Source of the DNA: an uncultured Planctomycetaceae bacterium
GTDB lineage: Bacteria; Planctomycetota; Planctomycetia; Planctomycetales; Planctomycetaceae
Reading direction: 5' to 3'
Length of the DNA: 64,000 nt
NCBI GenBank assembly: GCA_963813715.1
Contig: CAWFAK010000012.1
Coordinates: 399,193-463,192 of the forward strand
Shown here: piece by piece, positions 1 to 11,399 of the stretch
Numbering within the stretch: position 1 is the stretch's first letter
How the letters are laid out: every line of letters starts with the position of its first letter
Translations under genes and position numbers: made by a program
Notes under the pieces: generated by a model
The model's database searches: none
Told to the model about the DNA's origin: nothing
Seen by the model: only the letters and a program-made list of their open reading frames with translations

Positions 1-125
1 GTATTTTCTGGCCGCATGCTGTTGGTTGTTCGTCGACGTGACGCGACCGCTCCGAACCGACGACAATCCGGCAGTGTCGTCCGATTAGGCGTCTTCGCGA
101 ATCGGCCTTTTGAGGAGCCCGTGCC

Positions 126-713
126 ATGCGGAATGTCGCCATCCTGATTTTTCCGGACGTGGAAATCCTCGATTTCTGCGGACCGTTTGAAGTCTTCTCC
201 GTTGCCACCCGCGTGGCCGTGCCCGGCGCTTTCCAGGTGTTTACGATTGCCGAGGCCCCGGGTCCCGTTCGCACCTACAACGGACTGAGCGTGAACCCGC
301 ATTTCCGGCTCGACGACTGCCCGCCGCCGCAGCTGCTGTTAATTCCCGGCGGTCTGGGGACGCGCCCGCTGCTCGACAATGCGCCGCTGCTCGACTGGAT
401 TCGCACTCAGTCCGCCAAGGCCGAGTTGACGCTGTCGGTCTGCACCGGTTCGCTGCTGTTGGCGAAGGCCGGTTTGCTGGAAGACCAGGCCGCCACGACG
501 CACGCCGCGGCCATGGATCTGTTGCGGCAACTGGCCCCGAATTCGACTTTGCACCCCGACCGTCGCTACGTCGACAACGGACCAATCATCACTTCGGCGG
601 GAATCGCGGCCGGGATCGATATGAGTCTGCACGTCGTCGAGCGACTGCACGGCGCGGAGGCGGCCATCAAGACGGCAAGCTACATGGAGTATCCGTGGAC
701 GGCCGGCTCTTGA
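126..713 (+). CDS. DJ-1/PfpI family protein
   Basis: DFCGPFEVF, LIPGG, SVCTG nucleophile elbow, TSAGIAAGID motifs; GAGGAG RBS upstream. Confidence 0.9.
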   Translation: MRNVAILIFPDVEILDFCGPFEVFSVATRVAVPGAFQVFTIAEAPGPVRTYNGLSVNPHFRLDDCPPPQLLLIPGGLGTRPLLDNAPLLDWIRTQSAKAELTLSVCTGSLLLAKAGLLEDQAATTHAAAMDLLRQLAPNSTLHPDRRYVDNGPIITSAGIAAGIDMSLHVVERLHGAEAAIKTASYMEYPWTAGS

Positions 714-744
714 GAAAACCTCGCCCGATCCGTTCGAATCGCGA

Positions 745-1365
745 CTAACCGACGGCGGGCGGCCGCAGCATGGACCAGAGCGGAACGCTGGTCGGGTTCT
801 CGAGGTGCTCCATCACGCGAAACCCGTGCCGCTCGTAAAGCCGCACGTTGCCCGTCGTGTGGGTTTCGAGATAACAGGGCACGCGCTCTTCATCGGCCCG
901 TGCCAGCACAGGGGCCATCAGTGCGCCGCCGATGCCGCGCCCCTGGTGTGTAGGATCGACGCCGATCGTCGCCAGAAACCAGTGCGGTCCTTTCGCATAT
1001 TTCTCGTGCAGCCGCCGCTGCTCGTGATCGAAATCGACCAAACGCTGAAAGCCCGCCCAACCGAATCCCAGCGGGAGTCCCAGCATTCCGGAGCGGACTT
1101 CGCGCGCGAAGGACGGCAGGCCCACACCGGGGGGCAGCCAGCAGCAGGCCCCTTCCACTCCGGCGCTGACGTGCACTTCGCCGTAACGCAACGAATCGCG
1201 GACGATGGCTCCATACAGCGTGGCCACGCCCCGGCGGCGTCGGGCGAGCTGTTCGTTCGCGTAGATCATCAGCGGATAGTCAAGAAATGCCCGCGTCAGC
1301 ATTTGGCGAGCGGCGGCAAACTGCTCCTGACGCAGCCGCACGATTTCCAGTCCGGTCACACTCAT
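745..1365 (-). CDS. GNAT family N-acetyltransferase
   Basis: HWFLATIGVDPTHQGRGIG acetyl-CoA motif, CYLET..NVRLYERHGF; start chosen at MSVTG. Confidence 0.88.
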   Translation of the reverse strand: MSVTGLEIVRLRQEQFAAARQMLTRAFLDYPLMIYANEQLARRRRGVATLYGAIVRDSLRYGEVHVSAGVEGACCWLPPGVGLPSFAREVRSGMLGLPLGFGWAGFQRLVDFDHEQRRLHEKYAKGPHWFLATIGVDPTHQGRGIGGALMAPVLARADEERVPCYLETHTTGNVRLYERHGFRVMEHLENPTSVPLWSMLRPPAVG

Positions 1366-1585
1366 TACGGTTCCTGTCTCGACGGTAAGGCTTGGCCCCT
1401 CGGACTCGCGTGTTTCGTTGGTTGATTGCGGCGATATTAGCACATGGACAGGCGTTGCCGGACTGCTGGCAGCCTTGGGCAATTTGATTTTGCGGTCTGC
1501 CCGGGTCCCCGCTATTATTCCGCACCGCAGCCGCCTGCCGCGATCGGCTGCCACAACAAAGTCGGGCCGAAGCAAGGCGCACGTC

Positions 1586-2397
1586 ATGTCCGATCATCGC
1601 GTCGTTTCGTCCAATCATCGCGTCATCGTTGTGAGCATCCCCAAATCGGGCACGTACCTTGTGGCCGAGTTCCTCAAGGCCCTCGGCTACCGCTGGACGG
1701 GAATGCACCTGGCCGAGTTGGCCTACACCGACTACAGCGGCAGCGCGCTCGAAGACGCGCGGCGAGACCCGGGCCGCTTCGCGCGGAGCGAGCCGCTGAT
1801 CATCTCGCTCGAGCGGATTCACGCCGGCGACTTCGCCGTCGGCCATCTACCCTTCAAAGCCGACATCATTGACGCGACCCGCCCGTTCAAGCGACTGTTT
1901 GTAGCGCGCGACCTGCGGACGGCGCTCATCTCTTACATGCGATTCCTGCACTCGACTGGAAGGCTGGAGGCCCGCCATCTCCCGTGGTACTCCGTGTCCG
2001 ACCCGCGACAGCGCTGCCTCGTGTTTCTGCAAACGAGCGCCCCTACATGCTGAAGCGGTTCTACGAACCGATGGTGGGCTGGTCGAAGCTCCACGGCACA
2101 CTGCAGGTGCGTTTTGAAGACCTGACGGGCGACAGCACGCAAGCCGCCAGCGTGATCGAGTCGGTCGCGGCATTTCTTGGTGCTCCGACCGGCGAAGCAC
2201 AGCGCGTGCTTCGCGCAAGCCTGCAATCCGAAACGATCACGAAATCGGACGGTCTGACGCGGCTCGACGATTATTGGAGCCCGGAAGCCGAACGACACTT
2301 CCTCGAAATCGGCGGAGCGGAACTCAACGCGCGACTCGGCTGCTCGGCCGTCGGCAACCTGGCGGCAAGCGACGCTTGCAGTCGGCGTGCGGCCTGA
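1586..2397 (+). CDS. Sulfotransferase-domain protein (frameshift near 2040)
   Basis: SIPKSGT PAPS-binding loop, RDLRTALIS, and VRFEDL in the adjacent frame. Confidence 0.75.
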
Positions 2398-2489
2398 CGC
2401 AGCACCCCGCACCGGCGGCTGCGCTCCGATTTCGTGGCGACTCAATAGAATGAGTTCGGCACGAAAACGGGAGCGAGAGAGCCGATCGG

Positions 2490-3419
2490 ATGAAGCGCGT
2501 CTTCCTCGTCAATCGCAAAGCCGGCTCGGGAATCTCGCCCCGCGCGGTCGAACGCCTCTCGGAATATTTTCGCGCGCGGGACGGCTCGTTCGAGCCGGTC
2601 TTCGCCGAGAGTCGCGACGAAGCGATCCGGCAGACTCGGACTGCGCTCGCACACGGGGCCGAGCAGATCGTCGCGGTCGGCGGCGACGGGACGGCGAACG
2701 CGGCGCTCAACGGCTTCTTCCAGGACGAAGACTGCGGCAAGCTCATCAACCCGGCCGCCTGCCTGGCGGTGGCGCGGGCGGGATCGGGGTCGGATTACTT
2801 CCGCGGATTGAGCAGCGGACTCCGGCGCGATTGGCGCGAGATCGTGCTGCAGCCGTCAGTCCGCCGTGTCGATATCGGGCGTCTCGAACCTGTGGACGGG
2901 CGATCGCTCCGGCCGCTTTATTTTCTCAACATGGCGACGCTCGGTTTCGCAGCCGAGGTCGTTCGCCGCAAGGCGCAGATGTCGCCGCGCTGGCCCCGCA
3001 CGGCCCGCTACCTGTTGCCGACGCTGCAAGGACTGTGGCACGTCAAACCCGCGCGGCTGCGGCTCCAGTGCGACGACCAAGCGCTCGAACGCGAAGCGTT
3101 CTGCCTGATCGTCGCCAAAGGGGCCTACTCGGGAGGCGGCATGAAGTTCGGCAGCCGCGTCGCGCTCGACGACGGCCAGTTCGAGCTGACCCTGTTTCGC
3201 CCGATGCCCGCCTGGCAAATGGCACTCAAAACGCCCAAGCTCTACAGCGGCAATCTCGACTCAGAGGCGAACGTGGAGAAGCATCGGGCCGCGGTGATCG
3301 AGATCGACGCGGATCCCCCCTTCCTGGTCGAGTGTGACGGCGACGTGATCGGAGCAGCGGCCGTGCGACTGAAAGTGGTCCCGAAAGCGATCGCCGTCTG
3401 CTTCCCGTCGCCAGCGTAG
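2490..3419 (+). CDS. Diacylglycerol/lipid kinase family (DagK/YegS-like)
   Basis: VNRKAG, VGGDGT, GSGSDY, ECDGD motifs. Confidence 0.88.
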   Translation: MKRVFLVNRKAGSGISPRAVERLSEYFRARDGSFEPVFAESRDEAIRQTRTALAHGAEQIVAVGGDGTANAALNGFFQDEDCGKLINPAACLAVARAGSGSDYFRGLSSGLRRDWREIVLQPSVRRVDIGRLEPVDGRSLRPLYFLNMATLGFAAEVVRRKAQMSPRWPRTARYLLPTLQGLWHVKPARLRLQCDDQALEREAFCLIVAKGAYSGGGMKFGSRVALDDGQFELTLFRPMPAWQMALKTPKLYSGNLDSEANVEKHRAAVIEIDADPPFLVECDGDVIGAAAVRLKVVPKAIAVCFPSPA

Positions 3420-3486
3420 CCGGATCGACAACCAGCACGCGACGAGCCGGCGTTCAGGCCGGCGTCCAAGAACCCTACGACCGCAC

Positions 3487-3975
3487 TCAAACGGGGCGCG
3501 GCTGCACCGACTTCTTCGGATCGCGACCGGCGATCACCGTGCGGACTTTTTCCAGCAAATCGCCCATGTCGAACGGCTTGTCCATCACGGCGGCCACTCC
3601 GACGCGGCGCGCCTTCTCGTGCGTTTCTTCGTCGCCAAAAGCGGTGATCAGAATCGTCGGCGGAAAGAGCGGGCACTCGCTCGCTCCCTCGACGATGCTC
3701 GTGCCGAACACTCCGGGCATTCGCACGTCGGAGATCACGAGATCGTACTTGGGCGATTCGGGAGGCTGCTGCACGGTCTCGGGGTGCAGATACACGCCCA
3801 GCCGGGCCAGCAGCTCCGCGCCATCGGCGCATTCCGTCACGGAATAGCCCTGCTGCCGCAGGCGCATGGCGATCACGGCCCGCATATCGTCGGTATCTTC
3901 GGCGAGCAAGATATGCGGCGGCCGTGCCGGCGTTGGGTCGGACTGGGTGATGAACATGGGGTCGGTGATAGTCAT
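3487..3975 (-). CDS. Stand-alone response regulator receiver protein
   Basis: ILLAEDT, DLVISDVRMP phospho-Asp, ILITAFG, KPF; start uncertain. Confidence 0.88.
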   Translation of the reverse strand: MTITDPMFITQSDPTPARPPHILLAEDTDDMRAVIAMRLRQQGYSVTECADGAELLARLGVYLHPETVQQPPESPKYDLVISDVRMPGVFGTSIVEGASECPLFPPTILITAFGDEETHEKARRVGVAAVMDKPFDMGDLLEKVRTVIAGRDPKKSVQPRPV

Positions 3976-4069
3976 CGTAAGCACTCGACAGAAGAGAGAA
4001 ACAGACGGGTTGCGTGGGTCAAGCGGGCGTACAACGAGCGGTGAAACATCCCGTTTCTTAACACTCATC

Positions 4070-4084
4070 GCAACGCCTGTGCCA
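4070..4084 (-). promoter_or_regulatory. sigma54 -24/-12 promoter for response regulator
   Basis: Minus strand TGGCAC-AGGCG-TTGC, exact consensus. Confidence 0.7.
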
Positions 4085-4163
4085 AAGCGGCAGGAAGTGG
4101 CCAACTCCGATCCGCGCCGACATGACCTGCCGCCGACCAATGTAAGGCGGCGCGCGGGGCGGT

Positions 4164-5740
4164 TCAACTCGACGGAGCGGCGTGCGGCGAGGCGGCCTCA
4201 ATCGGCCGTGATTCGAACGAGGGCGAGCGGCGGGCGGCACCGTTAGAACCCGCGTCGGTGGACGTTTCGCCGATGCAACGCGTCTCCGCGAGAGGCAAGT
4301 AGATTAAAAAACGGGAACCTTCGCCCGGCTGGCTGCTGACTTCAATCCAGCCGCCATGATCCTGAACGATCCCGTAGGCGATCGAGAGGCCCAGTCCCGT
4401 CCCTTTCCCGACTTCTTTGGTGGTGAAGAACGGATCGAAGATGTGATCGAGATTTTCGGCCGGAATGCCGATCCCCTGATCCTCAATCGACACCCGCGCC
4501 GCCGGTTGGTCCGACGCGTGCCGCGTTCGCGGTCGGCCGGAACGGTCCGGGCTCCACCCGCACGGTCACCGTGCCGCCCTGCGGCATCGCGTGAATCGCA
4601 TTCTCGATGATATTGCTGATTACCTGCTGAATCTGAGAGCGATCGACTTCCGCCATCACGGGGGCATCACCACTTGCCAGCTCGATCGTGACGTTCTCTC
4701 GCCGCGCCACCGGATCGAGCAGTTGCACCGTCTGTTCGCAGAGCTCAGTCAGATCGAGCGTCTGCTTGTGCGCGCGGCCGCGGCGGCCAAAATCGAGCAG
4801 CTGGCGGATCATCGCCGACATCGTCTGGATCTGGTTCTTGATCACCTTGAGACTGCCCATCGTCGACTCGGACGGAGAATCCAGACTGATCAGCTCGGCC
4901 CGCGCGAGGACGACATTCATCGGCGTGCCCAATTCGTGCGCCATGCCGCTGGCCAGGCGACCCACCGTCTTTAAGTCGGTCGGCGTGCCGCAGCTGCTCG
5001 AGCGCGGCGATGCGGGCTTCCGTTTCGCCACGCAGCCGCTCGCGGGCGGCCGCCAATTGATTGCACATCAGGTTGAGCGCGAGGCCCAGTTCGGCCAGCT
5101 CGTCGCGGCGGACCAGATGAACGGGATTCGACAGATCGCCGGCGCCGGCGCGGCGCGTTTTCTCGGTGAGCAGTTGCAGCGGACGACCGACCAGCCAGAC
5201 GCCCAACAGAGACGCCGCGGCCGCGCTGAGCACGATCAGCAGGGCGCCCAGGAGCGCAAAACGCAGAATGGCCGCGCGGGCGATCCGGTCAGGACCATCC
5301 AAGGAGTTGGTCAGCTCGATGGCGCCCGAGCGCGGCGAAGCAACGGCCACAGGGACGTACGTGTGCAAGACGCCGCGGCCACTCGGCTCGCGCTCTTCGA
5401 CGTAGACCAGCTGCCCGTCGCGGACCACCTGCAGGTTGCTTTGGGACAGTACTGGCGTCCCTTCTGCCGCCGTGTTTTCGTCGAGCCAGACCCAGCGGAC
5501 CTTCAGTTGACGATTGTTGTGGTTCGCATCGGCGATCAGTTGCAAGGCACGCTGCTCGCCGCTGGTGCGCCACGCGTCTTGGATCAAGGGGGCAAGCGTC
5601 TGCCCGATTTCGCTCGCTTCGCTTCGCAGGTCGTCCTGCAGGAGCCGTCCATCGTGGCGAATCGCGAAGAACGTGCCCGCAGCGACCACGATCAGCGTTC
5701 CGGCCATCCAGAGCGACACGATCTTGGTGGTCAGTTTCAT
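4164..5740 (-). CDS. HAMP-domain sensor histidine kinase (two frameshifts, ~4975 and ~4490)
   Basis: Two TM segments, [14 protein letters not shown]-box, NAIHAM N-box, DQGIG, FFTTK, GTGLGL spread over three frames. Confidence 0.85.
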
Positions 5741-5888
5741 GACATCTCAATTGTACGGCGCGGAGGACGCTTTTGGCGCTGAGCTCGCATTGGCGTGCCT
5801 CATCTTGTTTGCACTGGCAGAAACCGCGCCGTCGCGTCGCGATTTGGGCGACTTCTCACGCTGCCGATCGGTCATGGTAGCGATCGGG

Positions 5889-7982
5889 TCAGGGTGCCGG
5901 TCGGGTCGAGTCCTCCCCAGGTGGGTTGGGTCGGTTCGCCTCGCGGACGGCCAGCACGGGGATCTGCACGGCGTGCCGGACGGTTCCCGCCGTCTCGCCA
6001 AATAGCCAATCCCCGATTTTGCCGTGTCCGTGGCTTCCCAGCACCAACAGATCGATCTTCTCGTCGGTGACTGTCCGGCTCAGCTCTCGGGCCGGATGGC
6101 CAAAACGCAAAACGCCGCGGGCAGAGGCCCCCGACTGGCGCAACGTCCGGGCCAGCTGCTCGAGGTAGGCCTGGTCGCCTTGCCGCTCCAGGTCGCGCGA
6201 CTCGCTGCCATGCAGCTGGCCGCCGACCCCGTCCACAACGTGAATCAGGATCAGCTCGGCCTGATGATGGCGGGCCAACGCGGCCGCATGTTCCAGAGCG
6301 ATGCGATCGCTGGGACTGTGATCCAAGGCCACGCCGATCCGTCGATAAATCGGCTCCGAGATGTGGGCCGCTACGTCGCGAGCCGTCGTGCGGCCCGCCG
6401 ATTCCGCCGTCTGGGCCACGCGGTATCCAATCACCCACGGTCGGACGATCAGCCAGGCGAGCAACAGACTGACGGCAAACGCCACCGGCACGACCGCAAG
6501 CTCGATCCAAATGCCCCGCGATCCGGCCGAAACAATCCAATCGCGGATCGCGCTGGTCAAGAGTGCGGCGTTGAGGGCAATGATGATGGCCGTCGTGATC
6601 CAGCCCAACACCTGCACCCAGCGCGGGTTCGCGAACTCGCCCATCCGCGCACGCTCTCGAGTGAAGTGCAACAGCGGCACGACCGCGAATGGCAGCTGCA
6701 GGCTGAGGATGACCTGGCTCAAGACGAGCAGGTTGGTCATTTGATTGGCGCCGAAGACAACGACGGTGATCACCGCCGGCAGGATGGCCAACAGCCGCGT
6801 CACCAATCGCCGCGTCCAAGGGCGCATGCGAAGATTGACAAAACCCTCCATCACCACCTGACCGGCGAGGGTGCCGGTCATTGTGGAACTTTGCCCGGCC
6901 GCCAGGAGCCCGATGGCAAAGGCGATGGGGGCCAAGCGCGTCCCCAGCACGCGATGTAACAGTTCGTGGGCGTCCTGCAGCTGGATTTCCCCCTTCGCTG
7001 ACCACAGCTCGGGGTGCCGATAAAACGCGGCCGCCGCAGTAATCAAAATGGCCGCATTCACCAGGAAGGCCAGATTCAGCGCCACAACCGAATCGATCAG
7101 GTTGTAGCGGCAGGCCTGGCGGAATCCCTCGCGCGATTCGTGGATCCGCCGCGTCTGCACGAGCGCTGAGTGGAGATACAGATTGTGCGGCATCACCGTG
7201 GCGCCCAGGATGCCGATCGCCACGTAAAGCGCCTGCGGGCTGCTGAAGACGAACGGAGGCGACGATTGCAAATAAGGAATGAACCCGCCGAACACGGCTT
7301 TCCATTCCGGCTTGGCCAAGGCCAGCTCGAGCAGAAAGCACGCGCCGATCGTGCCCACCAGCATCACGATGAACGCTTCGGTCTTACGAATACCCAGTCG
7401 CTGAATGGCCAGGAACACAAAAGTGTCGAAGGCCGTGATGATCAGGCCGATGAGCGGCGCGATGCCGAAGAGCAGGTTCAGCCCAATCACGGTGCCGATG
7501 ACCTCGGCCAGGTCGCATGCCGCGATGGCAATCTCGCACAGGATCCAGAGCGTGAACGCGAGCGGACGGGAATACGACTCGCCGCACGCCTGCGCCAGGT
7601 CGCGCCCCGAAACGATTCCCAAGCGGGCCGCCAGCGTTTGCAGCAGGATGGCCATCGCGTTCGACATCAACAGGATCCACACCAGCTCGTAGCTGAAGCG
7701 GGCTCCACCCTCGATGTCGGTGGCCCAGTTGCCCGGGTCCATGTAACCGACGCTGATCAGATACGCCGGTCCCAAAAACGCGAAGAGCCGCTTCGCGAAT
7801 CCCGGATAGCTGACCGGGACCGAGTTGTGGACGTCGTCGAGCGAGCGCGACTTAGGAACAGGCGTCCCGACGGCACGGCTCGGGGGAACGGTCGTCTGAC
7901 GCGCGACGTCGTCGCCGGGCGTGTCGTCCGGCGAAAGCGCAGCATCGCCCGAGGAGGTCGAGTGCGAGACGGGCTCGTCCAT
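5889..7982 (-). CDS. mntH: Nramp divalent metal (Mn2+) transporter fused to C-terminal universal stress protein domain
   Basis: YMDPGNW, MPHNLYLHS, GQSSTMTGT motifs; C-terminal USP with LVLGSHGH..FG. Confidence 0.92.
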   Translation of the reverse strand: MDEPVSHSTSSGDAALSPDDTPGDDVARQTTVPPSRAVGTPVPKSRSLDDVHNSVPVSYPGFAKRLFAFLGPAYLISVGYMDPGNWATDIEGGARFSYELVWILLMSNAMAILLQTLAARLGIVSGRDLAQACGESYSRPLAFTLWILCEIAIAACDLAEVIGTVIGLNLLFGIAPLIGLIITAFDTFVFLAIQRLGIRKTEAFIVMLVGTIGACFLLELALAKPEWKAVFGGFIPYLQSSPPFVFSSPQALYVAIGILGATVMPHNLYLHSALVQTRRIHESREGFRQACRYNLIDSVVALNLAFLVNAAILITAAAAFYRHPELWSAKGEIQLQDAHELLHRVLGTRLAPIAFAIGLLAAGQSSTMTGTLAGQVVMEGFVNLRMRPWTRRLVTRLLAILPAVITVVVFGANQMTNLLVLSQVILSLQLPFAVVPLLHFTRERARMGEFANPRWVQVLGWITTAIIIALNAALLTSAIRDWIVSAGSRGIWIELAVVPVAFAVSLLLAWLIVRPWVIGYRVAQTAESAGRTTARDVAAHISEPIYRRIGVALDHSPSDRIALEHAAALARHHQAELILIHVVDGVGGQLHGSESRDLERQGDQAYLEQLARTLRQSGASARGVLRFGHPARELSRTVTDEKIDLLVLGSHGHGKIGDWLFGETAGTVRHAVQIPVLAVREANRPNPPGEDSTRPAP

Positions 7983-8205
7983 GGTTACTCCGCGACCGCC
8001 AGATGCCGCATTCGGTCGTCTCTCCGGACTTCCCCGGACGATCCCCGGTCCAGGCGGTCACAGCACGGAAGAAAAACCTAAGATTAAGTTTAGCGGATCT
8101 GTCAAACCGGCGGTCGTTTGGGCAAGGCTGATCTCTACGTGAACAAGCTGGCTCCCAGACGGCCAGCTTTAGCGAACACGGTCCTTCCACGGTCTACGGT
8201 CGGTC

Positions 8206-8221
8206 GGGTACTGTGTTTGCA
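8206..8221 (+). promoter_or_regulatory. sigma54-like promoter for DUF1614-ftsH
   Basis: GGGTAC-TGTGT-TTGCA with correct GG/GC spacing, ~75 bp before ATG. Confidence 0.5.
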
Positions 8222-8293
8222 GCCTGAACCGGCCCCCCGTCGGGTAGCCGTCCCGAACGCCGCAGCCGACCTTCGTTTCCGGAGCCCCCGTCC

Positions 8294-8977
8294 ATGCACC
8301 CCTCGCATATGCATTATTTTCCGGTTACGGCTCCGTTCGTTCTGCTGTTGTTCCTCGTCTTTGGGGTGATCCTGGCCCTCGTCCAGCTGGGAATCATCGA
8401 ATATGCGTACTCCAAGATAGGCATCCAGCCGCGCTGGATTTTTCTGTTTTTGATCCTGTCCCTGCTGGGGAGCTACGTAAACATTCCCGTAGCGGAGGTG
8501 CCGGCCAAGCACCTCGTCGAGAACGACACTGTCAGCGATTATGGAATTCAATACGTGGTGCCGGACGTGCGGGAGCTGCCGCGAACGATTATCGCCGTCA
8601 ACGTGGGGGGCGCCCTGATTCCGGCCGCTTTGTCGATTTACCTGCTGATCAAGAATCGGCTGTTCGTGCAGGGGCTGATTGCCGTGGCCGTCGTCACGGT
8701 GGTCGTGAATCGGCTCGCGCACCCGGTGCCGGGCGTCGGCATCGCGCTCACGCCGATCATTCCTCCGCTGTTGGCGGCGGGCGTGTCGCTGCTCTTGTCG
8801 CGAAACGCGGCCCCGGCGCTGGCCTACATCGCCGGCAGCTTGGGAACGCTGATCGGCGCCGACCTGCTCAATCTGGGGATTGTGGGCCAGCTCCAAGCGC
8901 CGGTGCTTTCGATCGGCGGGGCCGGGACTTTTGACGGCGTGTTTCTCACCGGCATCCTCGCCGTCCTGCTCGCCTGA
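8294..8977 (+). CDS. DUF1614 family membrane protein
   Basis: SLLGSYVNIP, IAVNVGGALIP, GTLIGADLLNL, SIGGAGTFDGVF. Confidence 0.85.
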   Translation: MHPSHMHYFPVTAPFVLLLFLVFGVILALVQLGIIEYAYSKIGIQPRWIFLFLILSLLGSYVNIPVAEVPAKHLVENDTVSDYGIQYVVPDVRELPRTIIAVNVGGALIPAALSIYLLIKNRLFVQGLIAVAVVTVVVNRLAHPVPGVGIALTPIIPPLLAAGVSLLLSRNAAPALAYIAGSLGTLIGADLLNLGIVGQLQAPVLSIGGAGTFDGVFLTGILAVLLA

Positions 8978-8989
8978 TTGGAACCCTCG

Positions 8990-11188
8990 ATGGACGAACC
9001 GCAACTGCTGCCGCCCAAGCCTCCGCAAAAGGATCCCAAGGGCAAGCCGAGCCGCCCCAGCCTGCCGCCGCAGTGGCGGAGCATTATCTGGTACATCCCG
9101 CTGGCGCTGTTCATGCTCTGGTTCTGGCAGGACATGCTGACGAGCATGCGGGTCAAAACCATTCCGTACAGCGAGTTCAAAGAGTATCTCGCCAACAACG
9201 AGGTGACCGAGGCCGAGGTCAAGCAGGACGAAATCGACGGCAAGATCGTCCCCAAGACTCCCGCAGAAAAGCAGGCGCCCGCCGAAAAGTCACCAAGCGA
9301 AAAATCCGCGGCAAAGCCGGCCGCTGCCGAAAAAAACAAACCAGCTCCCGCGCCCGCGAAGCCTGCCGCCAAAGAAGCAAGCACGAATTTGACGGCAAAA
9401 TCAGAGGTGGCAAAGCCAGAAGCTGCAAAACCCGCAGCCGAAAAGCAGTCGTCGGCCACTGCTGAGAAGACGGCACCGACGCCCGCGACCGACGGCGACT
9501 CTGCTGAGAACGAAAAGACCGCTCCCGAAGGGCCGTTTCTCTTTCGCACGATCCGCGTCGAGGATCCGAAGCTCGTCGACGAGTTGGTGGAGCATCACGT
9601 CCAGTTCGTCGGCACTCGCCCCAGCATCTTGTCGACCTTTCTGTTCGCCTGGATTCTGCCCATCTTGTTCTTCGCCGGGATCTATTACTTCCTCACGCGG
9701 CGGATGGGTTCGATGGGCCAGACGGTGATGAGCATCGGCAAGAGCAAGGCGAAGCTGATCGGCGACAAGGACACGGGCATCAGTTTCAACGACGTGGCCG
9801 GCTGCGACGAAGCCAAGTACGAGCTGCAGGAAGTGGTCGACTTCCTCAAAAACCCGTCGCGTTACCAGGCGCTCGGGGCGAAGATCCCCAAGGGGATCCT
9901 CCTCGTCGGTCCGCCCGGAACCGGGAAAACTCTGTTGGCCCGCGCCGTCGCCGGCGAAGCCCACGTCCCGTTCTTTTCCATCAGCGGCAGCGACTTTGTG
10001 GAGATGTTCGTCGGCGTGGGGGCCTCCCGCGTGCGCGACCTGTTCGAGCAGGCCAAGAAGAACGCCCCCTGCATCATCTTCATTGACGAGATCGACGCGA
10101 TCGGCGGCCAGCGCAGCGTCCACGTCGGCCTCGTCAACGATGAGCGCGAGCAGACTCTCAACCAACTGCTGTCCGAGATGGACGGTTTCGAGGCAAACGT
10201 CGGCGTGCTGATTTTGGGCGCCACCAATCGGCCCGACATCCTCGATCGGGCCCTATTGCGCCCCGGCCGTTTTGACCGGCAGGTCGTCGTCGACTCGCCC
10301 GACATCGACGGCCGCGAGGCGATCCTCAAGGTTCACTCCCGCGACAAACGGCTGGCCGCGGACGTCAATCTGCGCCGCATCGCCCAGTCGACGGCCGGCT
10401 TTTCCGGGGCCGACCTGGCCAACGCGCTCAACGAGGCGGCCCTGCTGGCCGCCCGCCGCGGCGGCTCGTCGATCAACCAAAAGGACCTCGAAGACGCGGT
10501 GGAAAAGGTCGTCGCGGGGCCGGAACGCAAGAGCCGACGGCTCGATCCTGAGCAAAAGCGCCGCGTCGCCTTCCACGAAGTGGGTCATGCGCTCGTCGCT
10601 GCCTTCAGCGAGCATGCCGACCCCGTCCACAAGATCAGCGTAGTGCCGCGCGGCCGCGCCGCGCTCGGTTATACGTTGCAGCTGCCTCTCGAAGAGCAAT
10701 TCCTGATGACGCGGGCCGAGCTGTTCGACCGCATCAAGGGAATGCTGGGGGGCCGGGCCGCCGAGGAAGAGGCTTTCGACGAAATCAGCACGGGGGCCGA
10801 GAACGATCTCGATCGTGCGACGGCTCTCGCGCGTCAAATGGTCTGCATGTACGGCATGAGCGAACGAGTCGGCCTGATGCACGTCGCCGGCCGCCAGGAT
10901 GGATTCCTGCCGACGGTCCCCGGAACTCTGCCACAGCGCGACTGTAGCGAGGAAACGGCTCGGCTCATCGATGTCGAGGTGAAGAAACTGCTCGACGACG
11001 CGCATCAATCGGCACAGAGGATTCTCCGCGAACACCGCGACCAACTGGACCTCGTCGCGAACGAGCTGCTTAAGCGGGAGACTCTCGATGGGGCGGCGTT
11101 CAACGCGTTGCTCGGTCTGCCGGCCCCCGTGGATCGGCCGATTCGCGCCCCGGAGCCGATCGACTCGCCGGCTCCCATCTCGACCTGA
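8990..11188 (+). CDS. ftsH: ATP-dependent zinc metalloprotease FtsH with low-complexity extracytoplasmic insert
   Basis: GPPGTGKT Walker A, FVG pore loop, IFIDEID Walker B, RPGRFDR, HEVGH. Confidence 0.95.
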   Translation: MDEPQLLPPKPPQKDPKGKPSRPSLPPQWRSIIWYIPLALFMLWFWQDMLTSMRVKTIPYSEFKEYLANNEVTEAEVKQDEIDGKIVPKTPAEKQAPAEKSPSEKSAAKPAAAEKNKPAPAPAKPAAKEASTNLTAKSEVAKPEAAKPAAEKQSSATAEKTAPTPATDGDSAENEKTAPEGPFLFRTIRVEDPKLVDELVEHHVQFVGTRPSILSTFLFAWILPILFFAGIYYFLTRRMGSMGQTVMSIGKSKAKLIGDKDTGISFNDVAGCDEAKYELQEVVDFLKNPSRYQALGAKIPKGILLVGPPGTGKTLLARAVAGEAHVPFFSISGSDFVEMFVGVGASRVRDLFEQAKKNAPCIIFIDEIDAIGGQRSVHVGLVNDEREQTLNQLLSEMDGFEANVGVLILGATNRPDILDRALLRPGRFDRQVVVDSPDIDGREAILKVHSRDKRLAADVNLRRIAQSTAGFSGADLANALNEAALLAARRGGSSINQKDLEDAVEKVVAGPERKSRRLDPEQKRRVAFHEVGHALVAAFSEHADPVHKISVVPRGRAALGYTLQLPLEEQFLMTRAELFDRIKGMLGGRAAEEEAFDEISTGAENDLDRATALARQMVCMYGMSERVGLMHVAGRQDGFLPTVPGTLPQRDCSEETARLIDVEVKKLLDDAHQSAQRILREHRDQLDLVANELLKRETLDGAAFNALLGLPAPVDRPIRAPEPIDSPAPIST

Positions 11189-11260
11189 AATTGCGCAGCG
11201 GCTGCGAACAACCCGCGATTCTCCCCGGAATTCTGCCGGCAAAACATTTCGCCGCCATGC

Positions 11261-11276
11261 TGGCACGCCATATGCA
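11261..11276 (+). promoter_or_regulatory. sigma54 promoter for DUF1328 gene
   Basis: TGGCAC-GCCAT-ATGCA. Confidence 0.65.
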
Positions 11277-11399
11277 TTGGCTAGTTGCCGTCAGTCGAAC
11301 AACTTGCATTCAGTTCGCTCGCCGATGCCAAAAGGCAGCCTCCACTTAGAGGAGGGGGCTGGCACGTGAGCCGAGAATCCGCCGAAAGGGAGACCTCCA

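Noticed and set aside
5787..5800. sigma54 promoter upstream of the histidine kinase (AGGCAC-GCCA-ATGC, minus strand)
   Set aside because: GG-GC spacing is one base short; it could be an indel error but is not supportable as read
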